From: Spirochaetia bacterium | Lineage (GTDB): Bacteria; Spirochaetota; Spirochaetia; UBA9216 | NCBI GenBank assembly: GCA_965140585.1 | Contig: OZ223272.1 | Coordinates: forward strand, 96,001 to 160,000 | Reading direction: 5' to 3' | Length of the DNA: 64,000 nucleotides | In this document: in pieces, positions 1 to 10,212 of the stretch | Layout: the number at the start of each line of letters is the position of its first letter | How positions within the stretch are numbered: position 1 is the first letter of the stretch | The notes under the pieces: generated by a model | Seen by the model: the letters and a program-made list of their open reading frames with translations, nothing else | Told to the model about the DNA's origin: nothing | Databases searched by the model: none | Program-made: the position numbers and the translations under genes

Positions 1-2
1 AT

Positions 3-1667
3 GTAAAACCCGATTCCGGACAGCTGTTCTGGGATGCCAGTCAGACTGCATATTTTCAGCCCGGTTCTGCAAAGGAGCAGGGAATTGAGATAGTTATGCA
101 GGAAATTGAGCAGTATGAGAGGCTCTCAATCGCGCAGAACCTTTTTGCCAACGATCCCCGCTTCTTCATGAATAGTTTTTTCACAAACAAGGAACTGAAT
201 AAAAAGGCTGATGATTTTTTTGACTCACTCGGATTCAATTTCCGCAGCCACCGAAGACTAAGCACTCTCAAGGATACCGAGAAGGTTCTGCTGGAACTGC
301 TCAAGCACCTTCACACAGACCCTGCGCTTCTGATACTTGATGAAACCTTTGAAAAGATGACAGCAGTCGATATAAACAGAATCATTCCCGAACTGAAAAA
401 GAGAAAAGAGCAAGGCACAAGCATTATTTTCATAACCCATCGAATTGATGATGTCTACACCTTTGCCGACCGGGTATCGGTAATACGAAACGGAAGGATT
501 CTTACTACCGAATCCATCAAAAATATCGACAAGATCAATCTGATAAAACTGGCCTACACTCAGGTTGTACAGGAAAGCAGTCTGGACACTACCACCCAGG
601 AGTTCTATCAGCTTCTGAAATACAACAGGGCCATCCTAGAAAACCTGCCGATGAACCTGATTGTAGTGGATGAGTACCGGATACTCAGGCTGCTTAACAA
701 CAATGCAAAGACTTACTTCTCAATCGGCGATAAGCCTGTTATAGGTCAGAGCATTGATGAGTTTTTCAAACTTAACGGTAACCCTGAAATCCTTGAATCG
801 GTTTTTGAATCACTTAAAAAAAGGCAGCTTGAAACCTTCACCGTCCGGCTCAAACACAACAGCGGAAACGAGACCATCAATACAATAACCACCTACCCCA
901 TCTACGACGGAACGATGTACATTGGCAGTATGATAATTGTCGGGGACATCACCGAGCAGGAATCACTAAGAGAGAAACTTAACTTTTCAGAAAAACTGGG
1001 GTCAGTCGGACTGCTTGCAGCAGGGGTATCCCATGAAATCAACAACCCGCTTGAGATAATAGTCAATGAAATTGACTATCTGAGGACCATGCTTCCGGAT
1101 GGCCGGCTGGACAAAGTGCTTGATAACATAGAGGAAGAGGTTGAAAGTATCGTACAGATTGTGAGCAACCTGGTATCATTCAGCGACAGTGCAAGTGAAA
1201 AGACCGAGATAATTGATCTATCCGAAGTACTTGGTCACATTATCCAGCTTATCTCCTATAATGCAAAAAAAAGAAATATTGAAATTAAATATACAGATCC
1301 TGAATCAGCATTTCTGGTTGCCTGCAACCGGACAGAGGTAAAGCAGATTATTCTCAACATCATCAAAAACAGTTTTGAAGCGGTTAACAGCGAAGGCAGA
1401 CTTGAAATATCACTTACATCAGTTTCTGAAGACGGAATCAGCTATGCAAAGATGGTATTCAGGGATACCGGCCCCGGAATAAGCGAGGATGATAAAAAGA
1501 ATATTTTCCTGCCGTTTTTCTCAAAGAAAAACGCAACAGGAAACAACCTGGGGCTCGGACTGTCAGTATCTTACGGAATAGTTAATAAAATGAACGGTAA
1601 AATCACCGTTGAAAACCATCCGGAATCGGGCTGTGTATTTACAATACTGATTCCTCATCTCACCTGA
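3..1667 (+). CDS. 5'-truncated fusion: sugar-type ABC ATPase domain (degenerate signature) + PAS domain + HisKA/HATPase histidine kinase
   Basis: Frame is open from nt 3 (VKPDSGQLFWD...AKEQGIEIVMQE, RbsA/MglA-like Q-loop region). Walker B LLILDE, H-loop FITHRIDD, PAS-like region (ILENLPMNLIVVD...GDITE), H-box GVSHEINNPL, N-box QIILNIIKNS, DTGPGI, FLPFFS, GLGLGLS. Confidence 0.85.
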   Translation, partial: VKPDSGQLFWDASQTAYFQPGSAKEQGIEIVMQEIEQYERLSIAQNLFANDPRFFMNSFFTNKELNKKADDFFDSLGFNFRSHRRLSTLKDTEKVLLELLKHLHTDPALLILDETFEKMTAVDINRIIPELKKRKEQGTSIIFITHRIDDVYTFADRVSVIRNGRILTTESIKNIDKINLIKLAYTQVVQESSLDTTTQEFYQLLKYNRAILENLPMNLIVVDEYRILRLLNNNAKTYFSIGDKPVIGQSIDEFFKLNGNPEILESVFESLKKRQLETFTVRLKHNSGNETINTITTYPIYDGTMYIGSMIIVGDITEQESLREKLNFSEKLGSVGLLAAGVSHEINNPLEIIVNEIDYLRTMLPDGRLDKVLDNIEEEVESIVQIVSNLVSFSDSASEKTEIIDLSEVLGHIIQLISYNAKKRNIEIKYTDPESAFLVACNRTEVKQIILNIIKNSFEAVNSEGRLEISLTSVSEDGISYAKMVFRDTGPGISEDDKKNIFLPFFSKKNATGNNLGLGLSVSYGIVNKMNGKITVENHPESGCVFTILIPHLT

Positions 1668-1672
1668 ATTTC

Positions 1673-1731
1673 TGACATATGTTTTAACATTTGTCATTTT
1701 ATTTGACATACGACATGAACCATGTTAAATT
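1673..1731 (+). promoter_or_regulatory. Palindromic operator next to a sigma70-type promoter of the pentulose operon
   Basis: TGACATATGTTT/TAACATTTGTCA imperfect palindrome (1673-1696); TTGACA (1703-1708), 17-nt spacer, TGnTAAATT. Probable SorC-family site (inference). Confidence 0.55.
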
Positions 1732-1764
1732 ATCGCATCCTACTAAAAACCACAGGAGAAGATA

Positions 1765-2406
1765 ATGTACGAAAAAGAGAAAAATGAACTCATTAAAACA
1801 GGCCAGGCGCTGAAAGAATACAACCTCATTGCACTTTCAGGAGGGAATGTCAGCAGCAGAATGCCTGATAACAAAATACTTGTAACTCCTTCAGGCATGG
1901 CATACGACACCATGGTTGCAGATGATATTGTTGTTATGGATTTAGACGGAAAAATAATTGAGGGAACAAGAAGACCTTCAGTTGATTCTATAGCACTCCT
2001 ACATGTTTATAAAAACATGGAAAGAGTAAACGCAATTATCCACACTCATCAGGTATATGCAACTGCAGTCGGCATGGTATACGACAAGGTGCCCAATGCT
2101 GTAACAACACTTGCTAACGCATGTGCCGGAGAGGTTCATGTAGCCCCTTTCAGCTCGGCGGCAAGCCTTGCGATGGGTGAAGAAACCGTGGACAATATCG
2201 GAGATTCAAATGCGGTAATCCTTAAAAACCACGGTGTTATCACTGTAGGAAAAACAATAAAGGAAGCTCTTTACGCTGCAGTATATCTTGAAGATGCTGT
2301 AAAAACTCTCTTCGTCGCAAAATCGATGGGCGAGCCGGTTCTTCTCACAGATGCACAGTTTGTAGAAGCAGTTAATGTTTTTAAAGATTACGGACAGTCA
2401 AAATAA
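1765..2406 (+). CDS. Class II aldolase/adducin family protein, probably L-ribulose-5-phosphate 4-epimerase-like (AraD/UlaF/SgbE/FucA family)
   Basis: SGGNVS, TPSG, PSVD, HTH metal site, NHG; AGGAG RBS; next to a ulaE-like gene and an FGGY kinase. Confidence 0.8.
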   Translation: MYEKEKNELIKTGQALKEYNLIALSGGNVSSRMPDNKILVTPSGMAYDTMVADDIVVMDLDGKIIEGTRRPSVDSIALLHVYKNMERVNAIIHTHQVYATAVGMVYDKVPNAVTTLANACAGEVHVAPFSSAASLAMGEETVDNIGDSNAVILKNHGVITVGKTIKEALYAAVYLEDAVKTLFVAKSMGEPVLLTDAQFVEAVNVFKDYGQSK

Positions 2407-2411
2407 CAATT

Positions 2412-3245
2412 ATGAATATTGATAATTACCAGTTCGGACTTTATGAGAAAGCCGTGCCCGAAGGAATGGAATGGCCACGGCTGCTTGATTATGCCGGTGA
2501 TGCCGGATTCAGTTTTGTCGAAATATCGGTAGATGAGAGCGACTACAGACTTTCAAGGATGAACTGGTCTCTGAGTGAAAAAAAAGATTTTGTAAAGGCG
2601 GTGCTCAATTCAGGCCTGAAAGTTCCTACAATGTGTCTCAGCGGGCATCGCCGTTATCCGATCGGAAGCTGCTATGAAGATATCCGTGCCGCCGGCATGA
2701 AGCTGATGTTCGATGCGATAGACTTTGCATCCGACACAGGGATAAGGATTGTGCAGCTTGCCGGCTACGACGCGGCATATGAGGAGGAGAGTACTCAGCA
2801 ATCGCAGGATAACTACCTTTCCAATCTTGAAAAATCACTCCGCTATGCAGAGAAGCGCGGGGTAACCCTCGCTATTGAAAATATGGGCATAATTTTCATG
2901 CCCTCCATAGAACGCGTTATGACCTATGTAAAAATGTTTGACTCCCCCTATCTTCAGGCTTACCCCGATCTGGGAAACAGTTCGGCAATGGGCAATGATA
3001 TAGTTCTTGATCTGGCATCTGCCAGGGGCCATATTGCAGCCATGCATATAAAGGATACAACTCCCGGTGTGGTAAGAAGAATCCCCTTCGGCAAAGGCAC
3101 TGTGGATTTCCGGCGGGCATCGGAAGCAGTAAAGACTGCGGAATTCAAGGGGATGATAGTTATTGAGATGTGGGCTGATGAAAGCACTGACACAATGGAA
3201 GAGCTTAAAGCCGCAAAGAATTTCGTAATAGAGAATATGTTTTAA
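2412..3245 (+). CDS. ulaE: L-xylulose-5-phosphate 3-epimerase (UlaE/SgbU family)
   Basis: GLYEKA, FVEISVDESD, MCLSGHRRYPIGS, GIRIVQLAGYD, YPDLGN, HIKDT, IEMW. Confidence 0.9.
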   Translation: MNIDNYQFGLYEKAVPEGMEWPRLLDYAGDAGFSFVEISVDESDYRLSRMNWSLSEKKDFVKAVLNSGLKVPTMCLSGHRRYPIGSCYEDIRAAGMKLMFDAIDFASDTGIRIVQLAGYDAAYEEESTQQSQDNYLSNLEKSLRYAEKRGVTLAIENMGIIFMPSIERVMTYVKMFDSPYLQAYPDLGNSSAMGNDIVLDLASARGHIAAMHIKDTTPGVVRRIPFGKGTVDFRRASEAVKTAEFKGMIVIEMWADESTDTMEELKAAKNFVIENMF

Positions 3246-3256
3246 GAGGTGTGTTG

Positions 3257-4720
3257 ATGAGAAAGTTATTTATGGGAATAGACAACGGCGGAACGGTCTG
3301 CAAGGTCGGCATTTACGATTTAAAAGGCAATGAGATATCAATTGCCAGCAGAAAGGTGGAAATGCTCTATCCGGAATCGGGTCATACCGAAAAGGATCTG
3401 AAAGATTTCTGGAATGCCAATGTAGAAGCTATTAAAGAAGCTCTCTCACAGGCTGAAATATCACCTGCTGAAATTGCAGGAATTTCACAGACCGGTCATG
3501 GAAACGGAATGTTTCTGATTGATGAAAACGGTAATGATGTTATGAACGGTATAATCTCTACCGACATGCGAGCCAAATCTTATGTTGATAACTGGTACAG
3601 TGACGGGACCTTTGAAAAAATCAACAAAAAGACCCTTCAGTCAATCTGGGCGGCCCAGCCTGTCGCACTTGTAAACTGGTTTAAGGACAATAAGCCCTCT
3701 ATTATAGAAAAAACCCGCTGGATCCTGATGTGCAAGGACTATATCCGCTTTAAACTGACCGGTGAAGTATATGCAGAAATAACCGACTATTCCGGAACAA
3801 ATATGGTGAATGTACTGACCGGAAACTATGATGAAGATCTTCTTGCTGATTTCGGTATCGCGGAAATCCTTCCAAAGCTTCCGCCGCTTAAAAACTCTAC
3901 AGACATCTGCGGCTATATTTCAGAAAGTACTGCCGCGGCAACCGGGCTCAAGGCTGGAACTCCGGTAATGGGTGGGTTCTTTGACATCCATGCCGGCGCA
4001 ATAGCAACCGGACTTACCGACGATCAGGACCTTACTGTAATTGCAGGAACCTGGAGTATAAACGAGTTTATTAGCAGTTCACCGGTAGGCGCCGAAGAGC
4101 TGTTTATGACAAGCATTTACGGCATCCCCGGCTACTGGCTTGTAACCGAGGCAAGTCCAACATCTGCATCAAATCTTGAATGGTTTATGAACAGTATAAT
4201 AGAGAGTTCCGACTATGATGCGGCAAACAAACTTGTTGAATCAGTAAAACCTGATGAATCAGACCTTATATTTTTTCCTTATCTGTTCGGATCTAACCTG
4301 AAAGAAGAAATGTCTTCGAGTTTTATAGGTCTCTACGGATGGCACACTAGAGCCCATATGCTTCGGGCTATCTATGAGGGAGTAGTGTTCGGACACAGAC
4401 TTCATATCGACAAGCTGCTTAAATACCGGGACAAACCCAGAAAAATAAGAATATCCGGCGGCGCTTCGAAATCAAAGGAATGGGTTCAGATCTTTGCAGA
4501 TATTCTCGGACTTCCGGTAGAAATAACCGAGGGTGATGAACTTGGAACCCTTGGAGCATCAATGGGAGCCGCTGTTGGCGCAGGAACCTATAAAGATCTT
4601 GCAGAAGCAGCCGGAGAAATGGTAAGAGTCTCCAGGATTATAGAACCTATAAAAGAAAACACGGCTATTTATGAAAGGAAATTTCAGCTGTTTAAAAAGT
4701 ATCTTGAAGCAGTAAAATAG
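3257..4720 (+). CDS. FGGY-family carbohydrate kinase, L-xylulose/3-keto-L-gulonate kinase-like (LyxK)
   Basis: GIDNGGTVCK, TGHGNG, AGTWSINE, SPTSASNLEWF, FFPYLFGSN, EGVVFGH, SGGASKS. Confidence 0.85.
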   Translation: MRKLFMGIDNGGTVCKVGIYDLKGNEISIASRKVEMLYPESGHTEKDLKDFWNANVEAIKEALSQAEISPAEIAGISQTGHGNGMFLIDENGNDVMNGIISTDMRAKSYVDNWYSDGTFEKINKKTLQSIWAAQPVALVNWFKDNKPSIIEKTRWILMCKDYIRFKLTGEVYAEITDYSGTNMVNVLTGNYDEDLLADFGIAEILPKLPPLKNSTDICGYISESTAAATGLKAGTPVMGGFFDIHAGAIATGLTDDQDLTVIAGTWSINEFISSSPVGAEELFMTSIYGIPGYWLVTEASPTSASNLEWFMNSIIESSDYDAANKLVESVKPDESDLIFFPYLFGSNLKEEMSSSFIGLYGWHTRAHMLRAIYEGVVFGHRLHIDKLLKYRDKPRKIRISGGASKSKEWVQIFADILGLPVEITEGDELGTLGASMGAAVGAGTYKDLAEAAGEMVRVSRIIEPIKENTAIYERKFQLFKKYLEAVK

Positions 4721-4786
4721 CATAATTTGAATCAGCTTGAAGATTCTCATGCGATACTGGTATAATCAGATCTTCAGAGGTGCTCA

Positions 4787-5728
4787 GTGGATAAACAGCT
4801 GCTATACAATGTCGCCAGAATGTATTATCTGGAAGGAAAAAAACAGGAAGAAATTGCCTCAATCATAAACCGCTCAAGATCATCGATCTCGATGTTCCTC
4901 ACTCAGGCAAGGGAGGCGGGAATTGTCGAAATCAAACTGAGAAACCCGCTGGGAAACAATGAGGCTTTAGCCTCAAGACTTATTGAGAAATACGGCCTTG
5001 AACGCTGTTTTGTAGTCCCCACATCTATAAGAGATTCCAACCTGCTGCTTAAACTTGCCGCTGAAAGGGCAATTGAGATATTCAATGAAGAACTGCTGCC
5101 CGGCCTTAACATCGGTATTGCATGGGGTCGCACCTGCTATGAATTCATGACCCAGTACTACAATGATGAGAATACATATATAGACTTAAACATTGTTCCA
5201 CTCATCGGAGGAAGCAATCGTGCCCATAAGCGATTTCAGATAAATGAAATGGTCCGTGATTTTGCCGAAAAGCTGAATGGCACCCCTAACTTCATACATG
5301 CTCCGGCAATGGCTGAAAGCCTTGAAGATCTGCAGCTGTACAAAAACAGCTCTATGATGAAAAAGATTGTCCAGTACTGGGATACCCTCGATATAGCCGT
5401 CACATCGATAGGGGTACCGCCTTCAGATACTACAGATGAAATATGGAGGAAGTACCTCGATCTTGAAGATGATAAATCCCCTGTATTCAATAATGCAGTA
5501 GGAGATATCTGCGGCTGGCCCTTCGATAAGGATGGTAATTTTCTGTCGGGCGATGCAACAGAACTGCTAATGGTATGCAGCCATGAACAGCTTAAAAAAA
5601 TACCTAAGGTTATCTGCATAGTTGCCGGGCTTGAAAAAGCCAAGGCTGTTTCTGCAGGACTGAAATCAAGGATATTCAGTCATCTCATTATTGATGAACA
5701 GACAGCACTCGCCGTATTAAACAACTGA
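4787..5728 (+). CDS. SorC/DeoR-family sugar-binding transcriptional regulator
   Basis: VARMYYLEGKKQEEIA HTH, GIAWGRT, AVGDIC, LIIDE; GTG start with GAGG RBS. Confidence 0.9.
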   Translation: MDKQLLYNVARMYYLEGKKQEEIASIINRSRSSISMFLTQAREAGIVEIKLRNPLGNNEALASRLIEKYGLERCFVVPTSIRDSNLLLKLAAERAIEIFNEELLPGLNIGIAWGRTCYEFMTQYYNDENTYIDLNIVPLIGGSNRAHKRFQINEMVRDFAEKLNGTPNFIHAPAMAESLEDLQLYKNSSMMKKIVQYWDTLDIAVTSIGVPPSDTTDEIWRKYLDLEDDKSPVFNNAVGDICGWPFDKDGNFLSGDATELLMVCSHEQLKKIPKVICIVAGLEKAKAVSAGLKSRIFSHLIIDEQTALAVLNN

Positions 5729-5816
5729 ACTCCGGCCGTTGAATCTTAAATTATTTCTTGAATATTCTATTGACAGTCAGTCCTCAATATTTACACAATA
5801 AAACGAGGAGAAAATA

Positions 5817-6689
5817 ATGTTAGATATACCTGAAAAAGTCAGGCTGGAAATCCGCAGGGACCAGCGCAACGAGATAGAAGCCCATCTTATTTACAGCAGC
5901 ATTGCCGCTTCATGCAAAAACCCTGAGAATGCGAAAATTCTTAAAACTATAGCTGCTGATGAAAAAAAGCACTATGACTACCTGAAAAAATTCTCAGGGA
6001 TGGATATAAAACCAAGATTCCTGTATGTACTGATTTTCAAAATAATTGCCAGGATACTTGGACTGACATTCGCTTTCAAACTGCTTGAAAACGGTGAGCA
6101 GGAAGCTCATGAGGGATATTCTTTAATAGAAGAATATCTGCCCGAACTTAAGCAGGTCATCGAAGAAGAGGAACGGCATGAACGTGAACTCATCGATATG
6201 CTCAATGAAAAACGCCTTAACTATATAGGGTCAATAGTTCTTGGACTCAATGATGCCCTTGTCGAGCTTACAGGTGCACTTGCAGGCTACACCTTCGCAA
6301 TACAGGACAGCAGAAACATTGCCCTTCTCGGTCTGATTACCGGTATATCCGCATCACTCTCAATGGCTGCAAGTGAATATCTTTCCAAGAGAGAGGAAAA
6401 GGAGGAAGGGGGATTCAGTTCGAGTATTTATACAGGTCTGGCCTATATAATAACTGTTACCCTTCTGATACTTCCCTTCCTTATCATCCCCAATCCGTTC
6501 ATTGATCTTGGAATAACAATAGCTATAGCTGTGCTTATCATCCTGTTCTTTAATTTCTATATTTCAGTCGCCAAAGACCTTGATTTCAAGAGCAGGTTCC
6601 TTGAGATGGCCGGAATAAGTATCGGTGTTGCAATAATATCGTTTGGAATCGGCTGGGCGGTAAGAACCTTTCTGGGATTCGAGCTGTAA
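5817..6689 (+). CDS. VIT1/CCC1 family iron/manganese transporter with N-terminal rubrerythrin/ferritin-like domain
   Basis: ExxH motifs (DEKKH, EEERHE), then VLGLNDALVE and SLSMAASEYLS membrane domain. Confidence 0.85.
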   Translation: MLDIPEKVRLEIRRDQRNEIEAHLIYSSIAASCKNPENAKILKTIAADEKKHYDYLKKFSGMDIKPRFLYVLIFKIIARILGLTFAFKLLENGEQEAHEGYSLIEEYLPELKQVIEEEERHERELIDMLNEKRLNYIGSIVLGLNDALVELTGALAGYTFAIQDSRNIALLGLITGISASLSMAASEYLSKREEKEEGGFSSSIYTGLAYIITVTLLILPFLIIPNPFIDLGITIAIAVLIILFFNFYISVAKDLDFKSRFLEMAGISIGVAIISFGIGWAVRTFLGFEL

Positions 6690-6705
6690 ACTATCCAGTA
6701 AAACA

Positions 6706-6736
6706 AAATCCCGGGAACTCTTGCTTCCCGGGATTT
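6706..6736. terminator. Hairpin terminator between convergent genes
   Basis: AAATCCCGGGAA-loop-TTCCCGGGATTT. Confidence 0.7.
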
Positions 6737-6767
6737 AAACGGAATCTAATAATTCAGCTACATATAA

Positions 6768-7553
6768 TCAGGCAATATGCATTCCGCCGTCAACCGAAAG
6801 CGCCTGCCCTGTGATCATTCCTGAAAAATCCGAGCAAAGCCATACAGCTGCCCTTGCAACATCGAGGGTTGTTCCAAGCTTTCCCATGGGGATCACATGC
6901 TCTTTAAGAAGGTTCTCCTCCTCGGGATTTGTTTCAAGTGTATTATTCATAAGATTGGTGCCCGCTGTAGGCCCCGGACAGACAACATTAACCCTAATTC
7001 CGTTTCTGGCATTCTCAATTGCAGCTGTTCTGGTAATTGCTATAACTGCACTCTTGCTCGGACCGTAGGCGCCGAAATTCGGTGCCATTTTTAAACCGCC
7101 GATAGAAGCTGTGTTCACAATAGCTCCGCTGCCCTGCTTCTGCATCTGCTTAAGCTCATGCTTAAGGCAGAAAAATACCCCCTTCAGGTTTGTATTCATT
7201 ATATGGTCCCAGTTTTCTTCGGATACTTCAGTAAGGGGAACATGCGGAATACGTACTCCGTCGGGACCGATCCCTGCATTATTGAATGCACAGTCCAGCT
7301 TTCCGTACTTAGCTACAGTCCCTGCAACCAGTTTTTCCACGGAAGCTTCAGAGCCTACATCGCACTGAATAAAAAAAGCCTCTCCGCCCTTTTCTTTTAT
7401 CATTGAAACGGTCTCTTCACCGCCTTTTATGTTGTTTGCAGTTGATACAACTACCTTTGCGCCGAGCTCAGCGAACTCAAGAGCTGCCGCTCTGCCCATC
7501 CCTGAAGCTCCACCTGTGATAAGAACAACTTTACCCTTTATATCAGCCGGCAT
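6768..7553 (-). CDS. Short-chain dehydrogenase/reductase (SDR)
   Basis: TGGASGMG, NNAG, YGPSK catalytic motif, VCPG, VDGG; start chosen at MPADIK from AGGAG RBS spacing. Confidence 0.9.
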   Translation of the reverse strand: MPADIKGKVVLITGGASGMGRAAALEFAELGAKVVVSTANNIKGGEETVSMIKEKGGEAFFIQCDVGSEASVEKLVAGTVAKYGKLDCAFNNAGIGPDGVRIPHVPLTEVSEENWDHIMNTNLKGVFFCLKHELKQMQKQGSGAIVNTASIGGLKMAPNFGAYGPSKSAVIAITRTAAIENARNGIRVNVVCPGPTAGTNLMNNTLETNPEEENLLKEHVIPMGKLGTTLDVARAAVWLCSDFSGMITGQALSVDGGMHIA

Positions 7554-7674
7554 TTTCATACTCCTTTCATTTTCTGAAAAACAGTATATCAGTGCAATCC
7601 TTCTGTTCAAAATGTCTTTTTCATCCTATCGTTATGCTGTGCAGGTAATAACTTTCAGCAGCTTCAGAAAAATC

Positions 7675-8589
7675 CTATAAACCAAGAGTTTCAATCAGCC
7701 TGTCTTCACCTGCAAGCCACTCTCTGATGAAGGCAATGAACATCTCAGCTGACTTTGAAATAACATAGCCCTTGTGATAGGCCACTCCAATCATGGCCGG
7801 CGGAATATCATCCATAACCTTAAGAACACTGATATGATGATCTCCGTTTTGAGATACAAGTTTTGCAAACTGCGGGATGGGAACAAAGGCAATACCGGCA
7901 TTCCCTTCAATAAGCTGAAATATCAAATCCGAACTTTCAACCTCAAAGGCCACATCGGGTTCGAAGCCCTGTTCGATACAGATATCTCTGAGTTTTCCAA
8001 GGTTAAGTCTGGTACTGTCGCAGATAAACTTCTCATCACGAAGCCGGCTGATGTGAATCTCGCCTTCTTCCGCAAGCGGATGCGACTCATTTAAAAGAAT
8101 TACATATTCTTTGCACCCTAAAAGCTCAAAAATAATGCGTTCATCTTTAATTTCCTGACTTGTAATTGCGATATTAAGGGAACGATCCAGCAGATGTTCT
8201 ATTATAGTATTAAAAGAATGGCTTAGCTGCCTTATTCCGATTTCAGGATGCTGAAGCGAAAACTGCTTTAGAAGGTCGGGCAGAAAATCATCAATTGAAC
8301 ATGCAAGCGACAGTGTCCCCTGACTTGTTTCAAATAGACGCTGCACAGTCTGAACCCCGGTAGTCAACTCCGAAAAGGCAACCTCAACGCTGGAAAGAAA
8401 AACCCGTCCGTATTCGTTGAGTGTAATCTTGCCCTTGCGGTGATCGAATAATTGAACCCCGATTTCTTCTTCAAGCCGGGCTATGCTCTTGCTGATATTA
8501 GGCTGAGTTACAAATAGTATTTCCGAAGCCTTTGAAACATTTCCCGTCTTTGCAACAGTCTGAAAATAACGCAGCTGACTAAATTCCAT
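7675..8589 (-). CDS. LysR-family transcriptional regulator
   Basis: QLRYFQTVA...VSKASEILFVTQPNISKSIARLEEEIGVQLF HTH; ~300 aa. Confidence 0.92.
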   Translation of the reverse strand: MEFSQLRYFQTVAKTGNVSKASEILFVTQPNISKSIARLEEEIGVQLFDHRKGKITLNEYGRVFLSSVEVAFSELTTGVQTVQRLFETSQGTLSLACSIDDFLPDLLKQFSLQHPEIGIRQLSHSFNTIIEHLLDRSLNIAITSQEIKDERIIFELLGCKEYVILLNESHPLAEEGEIHISRLRDEKFICDSTRLNLGKLRDICIEQGFEPDVAFEVESSDLIFQLIEGNAGIAFVPIPQFAKLVSQNGDHHISVLKVMDDIPPAMIGVAYHKGYVISKSAEMFIAFIREWLAGEDRLIETLGL

Positions 8590-8745
8590 AGGAAATCTTA
8601 TCACATTTTTCTCAATATGTCGTTAAAGGAATACCGATATACTGGAATTTATATTTTGAGCATTCCCAATGCGGGTTTATACTCATCGTACACAGAATCC
8701 GGATCTGGTAGATATCTCAAAATTAATCACTGGAGGTCTATTTTT

Positions 8746-10035
8746 ATGAGTGATCAGCTTGCTTATAAAAACAATAAGACTGCAGCAGATACCAGAAGTA
8801 ACTTCGGATCAAAGGGATGGCTTATGATCATCTATGCAGGGATTCTGTTTTACTTCTATGCCGGTACATGCACAGACGGTCTGAATATAATAGTAAGAAA
8901 TTTTGCGGCGGCGCACAATCTGGAAATGCACCGTCTGCTCGCCTTGACCACTCCTGCATGCTGGGCAGGTCTTGCCGGAGCGGTCTTATGGGCATGGTTT
9001 GTCGATAAGTTCGGAACAAGAAAAGGAGCACTTGTAACCGGAATTATCGGGGGCATCTGCTTTATGCTTTATGGGGCTGTGAGTACTGAACGTGGATTTT
9101 TCATCGTTACCGCTCTTGTAAACTTCATGGGTATGGGCTTCTGCCATACCGTTGCAAATGCGCTGATGGCAAAATGGTTCCCCATGAAAAAGGGACTCGC
9201 TTTGGGCTGGGCGACAATGGGGCAGAACCTTGCATCAGCCACATTTATCCCGCTTCTCATCCTGTTTATTACCCTTGTCTCACTCAACGGCTCATTCTAT
9301 CTGATGGGCGGAATGCTTGCGGCTGTAGGGATTATAGGATGGTTTCTGATAAGGGATACGCCCGAAGAAATGGGCTGTGCACCCGATAACGGCTCCTTTA
9401 CAAAGGAGGAGATTGAAGCAAATCTTAAAGAGATCCGGGAATACAATTCTCTCTGGACACCTAAAAAACTTGTTGCAAACAAGCAGATTTGGCTTATAGG
9501 TATCGGATTCGGAATCTATATTCTTGTTACGGTTTCTCTGATAAGCCAGATGATTCCAAGACTTATCGGTTCAGGTTTCAGTGAGCTGAAAGCTACTGGA
9601 ATGATGACAACAGCAGCAATCTGCGGACTGCTGGGCAGCTACGCAACAGGATGGCTGGATCAGAAGATAGGAACTAAGAAAGCTTCTATAATCTACGGAT
9701 TCTGGTATCTTATCGCTCTGGTTCTCTGCGCCCTGCCTGCAAAGACATTTACCCTTTACGGATCGGTAATCTTCATAGGCGTTGGCATAGGCGGAATCGG
9801 AAACCTCTTTCCGTCAATGGCCTCAACGGTATTCGGACGCTTCGACTTCGTTAGAGCCATGGGAGTTCTAAATCCCATAACATCAATAGTAAGATCCTTT
9901 GCATTTATCATAATTGCATTCGGCCTGTCAAAACTAGGAGGCTATGCCGGGGCATACGCAATAATCGCTGTTCTCGATGTGATTGCAATAATTATTATTT
10001 CAAGAATCGACAGTACCTGTATAGGAAAGCGGTAA
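8746..10035 (+). CDS. MFS transporter
   Basis: About 12 hydrophobic segments; DKFGTRK and DQKIGTKK motif-A repeats; KWFP.KKGLALG; GGAGG RBS. Confidence 0.88.
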   Translation: MSDQLAYKNNKTAADTRSNFGSKGWLMIIYAGILFYFYAGTCTDGLNIIVRNFAAAHNLEMHRLLALTTPACWAGLAGAVLWAWFVDKFGTRKGALVTGIIGGICFMLYGAVSTERGFFIVTALVNFMGMGFCHTVANALMAKWFPMKKGLALGWATMGQNLASATFIPLLILFITLVSLNGSFYLMGGMLAAVGIIGWFLIRDTPEEMGCAPDNGSFTKEEIEANLKEIREYNSLWTPKKLVANKQIWLIGIGFGIYILVTVSLISQMIPRLIGSGFSELKATGMMTTAAICGLLGSYATGWLDQKIGTKKASIIYGFWYLIALVLCALPAKTFTLYGSVIFIGVGIGGIGNLFPSMASTVFGRFDFVRAMGVLNPITSIVRSFAFIIIAFGLSKLGGYAGAYAIIAVLDVIAIIIISRIDSTCIGKR

Positions 10036-10050
10036 GTTCCGCATTAATTC

Positions 10051-10082
10051 AGCCTGCCGGAAGATTCCCCCTTCGGCAGGCT
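10051..10082. terminator. Hairpin terminator of the MFS gene; its 3' arm overlaps the island-boundary direct repeat
   Basis: AGCCTGCCGGA-loop-TTCGGCAGGCT. Confidence 0.65.
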
Positions 10083-10089
10083 GCTCTAT
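10072..10089 (+). repeat. 18-bp direct repeat, left copy (TTCGGCAGGCTGCTCTAT)
   Basis: Identical to 20988-21005. Confidence 0.9.
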
Positions 10090-10212
10090 ATTAAATCAAA
10101 TAGAAAATTTAATAGAATTATTTGATTATAATCAACACTATCTTATATTTTCCATGAAAATTATATATACTTGTCTTAATATTTTTAAGGGTTTTACAAT
10201 AAGACAATTTAA

